DNA of 64,000 bases from Candidatus Saccharimonadota bacterium (GCA_017418275.1 JAFONX010000011.1:2050-66049), one strand, 5' to 3'; shown: positions 54,620 to 62,640, counted from the stretch's first letter. Numbers and translations: made by a program. Notes: generated by a model not told the origin, from the letters alone.

Positions 54620-54877
54620 ATGGAACAAAAAATTTGTCAAAGTTGTGCAATGCCGCTAACTTCAGAAGATATGTACTCTACTGAAAAAGATGGCAGTATT
54701 AATAAAGATTATTGTAAGTGGTGCTATGCCGATGGCGAGTTTATCGATAAATGCTCGATGGAAGAATACATCGAGAAGTGCGCCCAATTCGGCGAGCAAG
54801 CCGGAATGACCAACGAGCAGATGAAGGAATACTGCACGAAAGTTTTCCCGACACTGAAGCGTTGGAAGCAGAGCTAG
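54620..54877 (+). CDS. Putative zinc-ribbon domain protein (Zn_ribbon_2-like, 85 aa)
   Basis: ICQSCAMPL...DYCKWCY is the typical arrangement. SD aaaggag. Confidence 0.6.
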   Translation: MEQKICQSCAMPLTSEDMYSTEKDGSINKDYCKWCYADGEFIDKCSMEEYIEKCAQFGEQAGMTNEQMKEYCTKVFPTLKRWKQS

Positions 54878-54923
54878 AACTAACTCCATCGACAAAGAAA
54901 GTATTCGCTCTTAATATTGTTCC

Positions 54924-55607
54924 ATGAAACTCTTGCAGCTATTTGACGGAAAAGTTTCGCTCGCGATTTCGACGATTGCCGATGGAAATATGCGCTCATT
55001 CGGCGAGGCGGAGTTTGACGAGGTTTTACAGAACCAGAGAAAGCTTTGCGCGGAGCTTGGCGCCGATGCGCGGAATACGGCGCGCGTACTGACGACCTAT
55101 GACGGGCGCGCGAGTTTTTGCGAGTATTACGAGATTGACTCGAAATCGATTACCAAACATCAAATTACGAAGCCAGAAAGCGAGTTGGTTTTGGCGGATG
55201 GACTCGTCACGAAGAGCGCCGATTTCGCCCTGCTCTTGCCTCTCGCCGATTGTCTGGGTGTGATTATATACGACGAGACACAAGGCATTTTGGGCTTGCT
55301 ACATTCTGGACGTCAAAACCTCGAAGAAGATGGAGCGTTTAAGTTTATAGAGTTTTTGCAAAAGAATTATAACTGTCAGCCTGAGAAGCTCAAGATATAC
55401 TTCACGCCACATGCGCTGAATTATGAGATTTATGCCCTAGATCATGCAAAGCTCGCTGAAGCCGCCGAAACGCAGCTCACGCGCGCAGGAGTAAAAGCAG
55501 ATAATATCGAGCACTCTGACATTGATACCGTTACAAATCCAGACTTTCCTTCAAATTCCGCCGGAGATAAGACTAACAGATTCGCCGTGGCAGTAAAGTT
55601 ATGTTAA
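54924..55607 (+). CDS. pgeF: YfiH/PgeF-family (DUF152, Cu-oxidase_4) protein
   Basis: LPLADCLGVIIYD and GLLHSGRQN correspond to the conserved Cys and His blocks. 227 aa. Confidence 0.65.
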   Translation: MKLLQLFDGKVSLAISTIADGNMRSFGEAEFDEVLQNQRKLCAELGADARNTARVLTTYDGRASFCEYYEIDSKSITKHQITKPESELVLADGLVTKSADFALLLPLADCLGVIIYDETQGILGLLHSGRQNLEEDGAFKFIEFLQKNYNCQPEKLKIYFTPHALNYEIYALDHAKLAEAAETQLTRAGVKADNIEHSDIDTVTNPDFPSNSAGDKTNRFAVAVKLC

Positions 55608-55684
55608 ATGTTTATCTGGATGTTGATGGCGTTCTACGCGGGTGCGCGTCGTCTAAAGAAGATGCTAGAATTTCTCAAAGCTAG
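55601..55684 (+). pseudogene. Truncated remnant of a HAD-superfamily hydrolase (27 codons)
   Basis: The ORF MLNVYLDVDGVLRGCASSKEDARISQS* carries the HAD motif I (hhhDxDGVL) and then stops. It is squeezed between two convergent genes. Confidence 0.35.
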
Positions 55685-55686
55685 AA

Positions 55687-56325
55687 CTAACGAAGCTGTT
55701 CAAGCAGACTCTTAATACCTTCGGATTGAATATCCCAGTAAGCCTTCCAGTAATCCCCATCCGAGAGTTCGGAATCGTATTTCCACTCACCATCAATATT
55801 AATCTTCAGGACCGGCGCAAGGCAGAAGCCAGGCACGCGCACAGATGAGATTTTGTCGACTAGCTTAATGTCCTTTGGATCAGTCGAAACCATTGTATGT
55901 ATGACCTTAATTTCGTCGCCTTCGTGCCAAGCTAAACCAAAGCCCCAATTAAAGCGGCACGGAACTTCCCCGTTATATTTACTTGCAACTTCAGCAAAAG
56001 TCTCCGCGCCAAGATCATCAGTATATCGACCTTTACGAGCAATAACGAAGGCCTTGTTATGATTCTTAGGGTCATCTTCCTCAGATACGCCAAGCAGATC
56101 ACAGGTGTCGTCGCGAGCGAGAACAGGCAAAGCTTTATACTGTTTTGCGTAACCTAGCGCTTTCTCAGCTGCAATGTCTTCGGCAGTAAGTTGAGTTTCT
56201 TCCGGTTCTTCAAGATCAAGGTCTAAATCGGCAAAAGATAGACCTTCGCAACCTAGGCGTGCAAGAATTTTCTTGAAGCTTGCAATCTTCCCAGGATTAG
56301 TAGTAGCAAGCAGAATTTGTTTCAT
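55687..56325 (-). CDS. Ham1/RdgB-like non-canonical purine NTP pyrophosphatase family protein (212 aa)
   Basis: Start at ATG 56325 (MKQILLATTNPGKIASFKKIL, the family N-terminal signature), preceded by SD aagaggag. The 39-codon upstream extension of the ORF has no support. Confidence 0.55.
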   Translation of the reverse strand: MKQILLATTNPGKIASFKKILARLGCEGLSFADLDLDLEEPEETQLTAEDIAAEKALGYAKQYKALPVLARDDTCDLLGVSEEDDPKNHNKAFVIARKGRYTDDLGAETFAEVASKYNGEVPCRFNWGFGLAWHEGDEIKVIHTMVSTDPKDIKLVDKISSVRVPGFCLAPVLKINIDGEWKYDSELSDGDYWKAYWDIQSEGIKSLLEQLR

Positions 56326-56429
56326 TTTGAGCTCCTCTTTGAGGGTATTATAACAAGAATCTACTGTAAGTCTTAGACTCACGAATGCGCCAAAAAATAA
56401 TCTGGAGTTTTGGGTTAAAATAAAAGTAT

Positions 56430-56747
56430 ATGTCGACCACAAAACTCTTCCTCGAAACCGTTATTGCTAAGCTCGATAAACTCCCCCTTGAAATCACTTC
56501 CCGCCCGATGATGGGCGAATATCTACTCTATGCAGACGGCGTGCTATTCGGCGGACTATATGATAATCGTTTCCTAATCAAGAAGACTAGCATGAACCAA
56601 GCTTTCGATTTACCCGAGGCAATTCCCTATAGTAACACAAAGAAGACAATGTATCAGATTGAAGATTTGGATAATCCACGGCTCACAAAGATCATTAACG
56701 CAACAATAGGAGACCTAATAAGCTGTTCGAGAAGCTGCTCAACCTGA
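56430..56747 (+). CDS. TfoX N-terminal-domain-like protein (105 aa)
   Basis: TSRPMMGEYLLYADGVLFGGLYDNRFLIK resembles the TfoX_N core (MFGgyglY.dG..Fg...d..LylK). Confidence 0.45.
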   Translation: MSTTKLFLETVIAKLDKLPLEITSRPMMGEYLLYADGVLFGGLYDNRFLIKKTSMNQAFDLPEAIPYSNTKKTMYQIEDLDNPRLTKIINATIGDLISCSRSCST

Positions 56748-56873
56748 GCCATGAATTCCTTGGAGAGATGCTCGAGCAACAAGATAGAGAGATGCGTCTT
56801 GAGGTTTTTGAGATATGCAAAGGAATAACTTATTCCTACAATGTCATTGATATAATGGTAACTAAGGAATTAT

Positions 56874-57248
56874 ATGTATAATAACGCTCAAACTAACAGG
56901 ATTATAGAGCACATAAAGGCTGAGTATGGCGCCGAGCTAGAATTCTTATGGCCAGATCGTTATCCAGTTTGCGCTATTTTTCGTCATGGCGACAACCATA
57001 AATGGTTTACGTTAATTGGCGCAATTAAAAGTACGAGTCTAGGAATTGAGGAAGATAAAGAAATAGAAATCATCAACCTGAAGTTCGATAAAGGTCAAGC
57101 GTTGGATTTCGCCGAATCAAACGAACATATCTTCCCGGCTTATCATATGAATAAATACAACTGGATTACGATTATTCTAGACGATTCTTTAGAAGATAAT
57201 GCTATATTTGAACTCATAAAAAAGAGCTATTTATTGACGGCAAAATAG
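56874..57248 (+). CDS. MmcQ/YjbR-family DNA-binding protein
   Basis: 124 aa. LEFLWPDRYPVCAIFRH..NHKWFTLI...INLKFD...HMNKYNWITIILD is typical of the family. Confidence 0.65.
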   Translation: MYNNAQTNRIIEHIKAEYGAELEFLWPDRYPVCAIFRHGDNHKWFTLIGAIKSTSLGIEEDKEIEIINLKFDKGQALDFAESNEHIFPAYHMNKYNWITIILDDSLEDNAIFELIKKSYLLTAK

Positions 57249-57261
57249 ATTTAGGTCTAAC

Positions 57262-57378
57262 AGGGGTGACTCCACTTGTTTACAAGTGGATGATTTTTTA
57301 TGAAAAAAATGACAGTGGCTCACTGATTATTTACAATCGGTCGTTATAGAGGTGACACCGATTGTATGCAATCGATGA
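57262..57378 (+). repeat. Two copies of a ~32-nt motif (57262-57293 and 57348-57378) with a covarying hairpin, plus a third half-site (57332-57340)
   Basis: The two copies are aGGGGTGACtCCacTTGTttaCAAgtGGATGA and aGAGGTGACaCCgaTTGTatgCAAtcG-ATGA. The stem positions differ in a compensatory way (cacttg/caagtg versus cgattg/caatcg). Confidence 0.6.
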
Positions 57379-57421
57379 AATTACTGTGGATTTTTAACCA
57401 AAATGATCATAAGATCCGATC

Positions 57422-57619
57422 ATGAAATATACGACCACAACAGAAGAAACCGTCGCTAAAGACTTCGAAATCGAAGCCAATAGCGCTGATGAAGCCTATG
57501 AAACGGCAGAACAGAAACACAAGGATGGCGAGTTCGTCCTAGATCCTGGCGATTGCCAGTTCAAGCAGATAGCTATTACGGCACCGAGTAGTAGAACTGC
57601 AGAATGGCGAGAATTCTAG
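57422..57619 (+). CDS. DpnD/PcfM-like small acidic protein (65 aa)
   Basis: The pattern VAKDFEIEANSADEAYETAEQKHKDGEFVLDPGD..FKQIAI resembles small DpnD/PcfM-family proteins of plasmids and restriction cassettes. The start overlaps the stop of a 19-codon uORF (ATGA). Confidence 0.45.
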   Translation: MKYTTTTEETVAKDFEIEANSADEAYETAEQKHKDGEFVLDPGDCQFKQIAITAPSSRTAEWREF

Positions 57620-59757
57620 ATTTCTTGGATTCCGAGACTCTTTAGATACTCGTACGTTCCGTCGTAGAATTCAGGCAGACGTGTACTATCTTCCCAGAAA
57701 CCATTCGGAGATTTATCCTTATTCCCCTCAGGAACACAAATAATCATACCGGCACGAGCGCGCGTAAGTAGCACGCGATACGCATTCAGCATATACTTCT
57801 GTTTTTCGCGATTATTTTCAGTCCTTCCGAGTTGCTCAATCCATTTCGTATTACCATTAAAGGAGTAATAATGCCATCTTCCATTCTCGTATCGCATATC
57901 AGCGTCCCAGAGCAAGCAAGTGTAATCTAGCTCGAGCCCCTGCACTTGAATCTCTGTCGCTGCATCTTCAAGATAGTTCGACGAGCGCGTGTCGGTTTTA
58001 TCTTCCAAAAACCAATGAACAGCATTCTCGTCGCCAGAAGGAAGAATATGAATAGCCAAGGGCTTGAATCGCGCTGCTTCCTTAGTAACGAGCACGCCGG
58101 TTCGTTCAGTGCCTCTCGCTTTCTCATGTAGCCATTTTCGCGCCTTAGCCATATCACGAGTTAGCAGAATGGGATACTTATCTTTTATCTCGCTATACAG
58201 CTCCGAAGCGTTATCATCAAAAGCGAGCAAAGAGTGAACGAAGGCGGATACTTTTTCAGAACGATACGAGCGGAGTGAAACGCTCAGATGTAAATCATTC
58301 GAGTATGCCACATTCGGATTATCAGCCAAAAGCTCATTAACTTTGCCCTCGGCATATTCCGGTTCGGTTAGCTCTGGAGAGATATAAACATTCCAGTGAC
58401 GATACTTTTCATTAAGGGCTTTTATCCACTCAGAGATACCTGCTTCGCCAGTATTAATTTCTTGACCACCGCCAACTAGACAAACAATAACCGCCCAGTC
58501 CTTGCGTTGGTCAAGCGACCAAATCAAGAAAGCTGCTTCCGACATCGGAAAATTCGGAACTTTGAGCTTATTACCGTATGTTCCGCCGCGTTTTAAGTAA
58601 TTGGCGAGCCTTTCATGCGTCCACGAGCGCTGCGCCTCATCGAATATAGCGACATGTTCGACCTCACCAAAGCCAGATGCGCCCATTTCGACGGCCTTAT
58701 TTGGATCTATCTCCAGAACGCCGTTCTCGACTGGATTTTTAATTTTCGCGAGCATATTATCGCGATAGCGATGAATCATCTGAATAGATTTACGAACTTC
58801 GCGACGAGAATCAGTAAGCTTCTTCTGTCCGCCACGCGCCTTTGCTTTCCTGAAATTATCCTGCGCTAAAGCCTCATTTAAAACTGCCACAAGTGGCCCA
58901 TTTCCAGATAAATATACTGCTCCGTCATCTTTTGCCGGCTCGTTAGAACCATCGCGATACGTTTGTTTAATTGCTACATCTAGACCAACCAATGTTTTGC
59001 CGGCGCCAGGAACGCCCGTAACAAAACAAATGCTTTTCTTTCCATTCTTCTCGCTATCCCGAATGACATCTAAGATGTATCGAATCGTTCTATCTGTAGA
59101 AACATTATCCGCTTCATGGCGAGTAATATCTTCCACGGAGTGGTTTTCGTATAACGAGCGAGCAGCTTCAATAATCGTTGGGGTGGGAGCATATGGGCTA
59201 ATTGACCACCTCTCGTCAACCGGCATCTCGTCTGGATAAGCACACAATACATTTTCAATCACATTACTAAGCTCGTTACTGTTCGAAACGAGCGGATTGA
59301 TAACTCTGTCGTCATAAACGGACATTTGAACTTGCGTCGAATAATTTGCATAATTTGTCGCAACGAGAATAGGTGCAATGATTTTGTCTTCGCTAAATTT
59401 ATGGAAGTTTTTCAAATCTAGCGCATAGTCAAAGACTTGATCGATATCGGCCTCCAGAATATTGGCTTGGCCAACCTTAAACTCGATGCAGAAAATGATG
59501 CCGCGATAAAGCAAAACTACATCTACGCGCTTGCCCAAACGCGGGATATCGTATTCGAATATTATGCGCCCGCTTTTATCATTCAGCCTTGCCACAATAT
59601 TGCGCATGGCTAGTATTTCTTCCTTCCATGCGTCAACTTGCGTCGTCTGTACTTGCCCATTATAGTTTTCAACAAGAATTCCCATAATAGACTTTTCGTC
59701 ACTATCTAGGAAACCACATAAATCGTTTTCGTATAGGCAGCGAGGACTCTTATTCAT
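57616..59757 (-). CDS. DUF2075-type protein: N-terminal PD-(D/E)xK-like nuclease core plus Schlafen-group-III-like P-loop helicase (713 aa)
   Basis: RVDVVLLYRGIIFCIEFKVG gives the D...ExK core. Walker A is VTGVPGAGKTLVG, Walker B is VAIFDEAQRSW and the C-terminal motif is YRVLLTRARAGMIICV. The start overlaps the Nudix gene by 8 nt. Confidence 0.75.
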   Translation of the reverse strand: MNKSPRCLYENDLCGFLDSDEKSIMGILVENYNGQVQTTQVDAWKEEILAMRNIVARLNDKSGRIIFEYDIPRLGKRVDVVLLYRGIIFCIEFKVGQANILEADIDQVFDYALDLKNFHKFSEDKIIAPILVATNYANYSTQVQMSVYDDRVINPLVSNSNELSNVIENVLCAYPDEMPVDERWSISPYAPTPTIIEAARSLYENHSVEDITRHEADNVSTDRTIRYILDVIRDSEKNGKKSICFVTGVPGAGKTLVGLDVAIKQTYRDGSNEPAKDDGAVYLSGNGPLVAVLNEALAQDNFRKAKARGGQKKLTDSRREVRKSIQMIHRYRDNMLAKIKNPVENGVLEIDPNKAVEMGASGFGEVEHVAIFDEAQRSWTHERLANYLKRGGTYGNKLKVPNFPMSEAAFLIWSLDQRKDWAVIVCLVGGGQEINTGEAGISEWIKALNEKYRHWNVYISPELTEPEYAEGKVNELLADNPNVAYSNDLHLSVSLRSYRSEKVSAFVHSLLAFDDNASELYSEIKDKYPILLTRDMAKARKWLHEKARGTERTGVLVTKEAARFKPLAIHILPSGDENAVHWFLEDKTDTRSSNYLEDAATEIQVQGLELDYTCLLWDADMRYENGRWHYYSFNGNTKWIEQLGRTENNREKQKYMLNAYRVLLTRARAGMIICVPEGNKDKSPNGFWEDSTRLPEFYDGTYEYLKSLGIQEI

Positions 59758-60145
59758 TTTTAAGTCCCTTGATTACGACTTCGTCGGCAGGAAGCCAGTT
59801 AATAGAGTCGAGCTCATCGCGATGGAGCCACTTGGCCGCATCATGTTCCATAAGCGTTAAGGTGCCACTTTTCACCTTCGCCAGGAAGCAGTCCATGCTT
59901 AAATGAAAACTTGGGTAATCATACTCTACCGTACATAGTTTGTCGCCTACATTAATCTCCGTGTCGAGCTCTTCTTTTATCTCACGGTGTAGCGCCTCCT
60001 TCGGAGTCTCGCCTACTTCGATTTTCCCTCCAGGAAACTCCCAGTATCCTCTCCATTCGCCATAGCCTCTTTGGGTGGCAAAAAACTTATCGCCATTAGT
60101 AATGACAGCAGCTGCGACTCGGATTACTTTATTTGTAGAACTCAT
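59750..60145 (-). CDS. Nudix hydrolase, MutT/NudG-like (d)NTP pyrophosphohydrolase (131 aa)
   Basis: Nudix box GGKIEVGETPKEALHREIKEELD, with typical MutT length and layout. Confidence 0.85.
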   Translation of the reverse strand: MSSTNKVIRVAAAVITNGDKFFATQRGYGEWRGYWEFPGGKIEVGETPKEALHREIKEELDTEINVGDKLCTVEYDYPSFHLSMDCFLAKVKSGTLTLMEHDAAKWLHRDELDSINWLPADEVVIKGLKNE

Positions 60146-60448
60146 AATAATTCTTGATTAGATCTTATCATAAAACATACAAAAACCTTAGGATAACAGA
60201 GATAAGTACATGCTTATGCTTTCGATATTTGTGATAGTTGCTTTAATTGATGCATGAGTCTTTTTCAGGAATTCCAAAGTCACGAAAAGCTGCTCGGCCG
60301 AAGAAAACTTGAGGCTATGGATTTTTATATTTTAAATACCAAAAAGAACCTGAAATACGAAGAAATCATTTATATTAAACGCAATTTCGAAGAGTTTGAA
60401 CACTGGTATTATTCATCTTATCTACAAGATAAGTGTTACAATCGTAGC

Positions 60449-60763
60449 ATGGATGAAGTTAGTAAAGCCGTCGTGGATTTTACGCGCGAACGAGATTGGG
60501 ATCAGTTTCATTCGCCAGAAAACTTAGCGAAGTCTATTGCTATTGAGTCGGGCGAACTTCTTGAATGTTTCCAATGGAATTCTAACTTTGACAAAAAAGA
60601 AGTCTGCAAAGAACTAGCTGACATCGTAAACTATAGTATCCTTTTAGCAGACAAACTCGGCGTGAGACTTGAAGATATTGTGATGGAAAAGCTGGAAGAA
60701 AACCGCAAAAAATATCCGGTCGAAAAAGCCAAAGGTAAAAGTACGAAATACACAAAGCTATGA
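60449..60763 (+). CDS. MazG-like all-alpha nucleotide pyrophosphohydrolase (104 aa; ORF extends to 60254)
   Basis: VDFTRERDWDQFHSPENLAKSIAIESGELLECFQW....ELADIVNYSILLADKLGV matches the EExxE/D-type four-helix MazG/dCTPase-like core. ATG 60449 lies 6 nt after the extended -10 TGtTACAAT. The upstream 65 codons are AT-rich with no motif. Confidence 0.7.
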   Translation: MDEVSKAVVDFTRERDWDQFHSPENLAKSIAIESGELLECFQWNSNFDKKEVCKELADIVNYSILLADKLGVRLEDIVMEKLEENRKKYPVEKAKGKSTKYTKL

Positions 60764-62640
60764 TAGTTTACCAAGACACGAAGAAGCAATTCATTGATGA
60801 TGTAAATCTAAACCAAATCGTAAATAAAATATACGATGAGTATATTCCTCGCTTTGGGCACACTACAGAATCACAGCTTCGTGCTTGGCAACACTCGATG
60901 CAATATATGCGTGGCGTGCTAGACTCAAATGAAATCCCAGAAGACGCCGGCGTAGCAATCGAATATAACATTCAGCCAACATCTAAGCGCATTGATTTTC
61001 TTCTTTCTGGCAAAGATGAAAAGGGAAATTATACAGCAATAATCGTAGAGCTTAAGCAATGGGATAGTTGTGAAGCAGTGCTCGACGAAGATGGCGTAGT
61101 TGAAACTTACGTTGGCGGCGGAAATCGCAAAGTGGCGCATCCAAGCTATCAAGCGATGAGCTACAAGCATTTGATTCAAGATTATAATGAGGCCGCGCAA
61201 GAGGGTCCGATATATCTATTTCCATGCGCATTCTTACATAATTACCGCATTGAGCCAGAAGATCCGATCATAGATCCACAATATGACGACTATCTTGCCG
61301 AGGCACCAGTTTTCGGCGCTAATGATTTCGAGAAACTGCGCAATTTTATAAAGAATCATCTTTCAACTGGCGATAAGGGTGAAACGATATTCAAGATCGA
61401 GTATGGCCGAATTCGTCCATCAAAAATGCTGCAGGATTCTATTGTGCGTATGCTTCAAGGCAAGAAAGAATTCATACTTATCGACACACAGAAAATCGTC
61501 TACGAACGCGCAAAAAGAATCGCACGCAAATCCGAATTCGACAATAAAAAGCATGTACTAATCGTGAAAGGCGGTCCTGGCACTGGCAAAACAGTGCTTG
61601 CAATAAACTTACTCTCTGACTTCATTAACGAGAGTATGTCCGCATTCTATGTTACAAAGAATCAAGCGCCACGCGCAGTATTCAAGCAAAAACTCAAAGA
61701 TGGTGGCTTTAAGAAAATATTTATCGATACATTGTTTCAAAGCTCTGGTAGCTTTATTGATAATCCGACAAATAGTATCGATTGCCTGTTAGTCGATGAG
61801 TCGCATCGTTTGAATGAAAAATCCGGAATGTTCTCAAATAGAGGCGAAAACCAGACAAAAGAGATTATTAATGCGGCAAAATTCTCCGTTTTCTTCATCG
61901 ACGAGGCGCAACGGGTAACTCTCAAAGACAAAGGCACGATAGCGGATATCAAGAAGTTTGCCGAGGCGCAAAATGCCGAAATTGAAGAGATTGAACTCGA
62001 CAGCCAGTTCCGTTGCAATGGCTCTGATGGCTACCTTGCTTGGTTGGATAACCTGCTCGAGATTCGAGAGACTGCAAATGCCAACTCACTCGAGTATGAT
62101 TATGATTTTAGAGTATTCGACGACCCGAATGAATTATTTAACGCGATTGTAAAACGAAACAGTAACAACAAGGCACGTATGGTGGCCGGGTACTGTTGGG
62201 ATTGGAAAAAGAATAGCCAGAATGATCCGAGCTCTTATGATATTGTTATCCCAGAATTTGGGTTCGCAAAAAGCTGGAACCTGGGCAATACCTCAACATT
62301 TGCGATTGACCCCGAGTCGGTAGAGCAAATTGGCTGTATTCACACTACGCAAGGTTTGGAATTTGACTATGTCGGCGTAATCATTGGCGACGATATGCGC
62401 TTCGAGGACGGAAGAATTGTCACGGACGCCACCAAGCGCGCAAAGACCGACTCTTCGCTCAAGGGCCTAAAGAAGCTAATTGCCGAAGATCCAGACAAGG
62501 CAGAAAAAGTTGCCGATAAAATCATTAAGAATACGTACCGCACACTCATGACACGAGGAATGAAAGGTTGCTACGTCTATTGCACCGATACATCGCTTGC
62601 GGAATATTTAAAAGCGAGCCTCGCAAGGCTTAATAAATAA
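60760..62640 (+). CDS. DUF2075-type protein: N-terminal PD-(D/E)xK-like nuclease core plus Schlafen-group-III-like P-loop helicase (626 aa)
   Basis: RIDFLLSGKDEKGNYTAIIVELKQW gives the D...ExK core. Walker A is VKGGPGTGKTVLA, Walker B is LLVDESHR / VFFIDEAQRV and the C-terminal motif is YRTLMTRGMKGCYVYC. The start overlaps the MazG-like stop in ATGA. Confidence 0.8.
   Translation: MIVYQDTKKQFIDDVNLNQIVNKIYDEYIPRFGHTTESQLRAWQHSMQYMRGVLDSNEIPEDAGVAIEYNIQPTSKRIDFLLSGKDEKGNYTAIIVELKQWDSCEAVLDEDGVVETYVGGGNRKVAHPSYQAMSYKHLIQDYNEAAQEGPIYLFPCAFLHNYRIEPEDPIIDPQYDDYLAEAPVFGANDFEKLRNFIKNHLSTGDKGETIFKIEYGRIRPSKMLQDSIVRMLQGKKEFILIDTQKIVYERAKRIARKSEFDNKKHVLIVKGGPGTGKTVLAINLLSDFINESMSAFYVTKNQAPRAVFKQKLKDGGFKKIFIDTLFQSSGSFIDNPTNSIDCLLVDESHRLNEKSGMFSNRGENQTKEIINAAKFSVFFIDEAQRVTLKDKGTIADIKKFAEAQNAEIEEIELDSQFRCNGSDGYLAWLDNLLEIRETANANSLEYDYDFRVFDDPNELFNAIVKRNSNNKARMVAGYCWDWKKNSQNDPSSYDIVIPEFGFAKSWNLGNTSTFAIDPESVEQIGCIHTTQGLEFDYVGVIIGDDMRFEDGRIVTDATKRAKTDSSLKGLKKLIAEDPDKAEKVADKIIKNTYRTLMTRGMKGCYVYCTDTSLAEYLKASLARLNK

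Noticed and set aside
56326-56442. 39-codon N-terminal extension of the Ham1-like ORF
   Set aside because: The family signature starts at MKQILLATTNPGK, which has a good SD (aagaggag). The extension overlaps the divergent TfoX-like gene start.
56700-56873. Possible gene fragment between the TfoX-like and YjbR-like genes
   Set aside because: Only very short ORFs occur on either strand, and no motif is recognisable. The region probably holds just the YjbR promoter (TGaTATAAT at about 56848).
60254-60448. 65-codon N-terminal extension of the MazG-like ORF
   Set aside because: The extension is AT-rich, motif-free sequence without an SD. The conserved MazG core begins right after ATG 60449, which has an extended -10 at leaderless spacing. 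This is not fully excluded, so the alternative start is noted in the feature.
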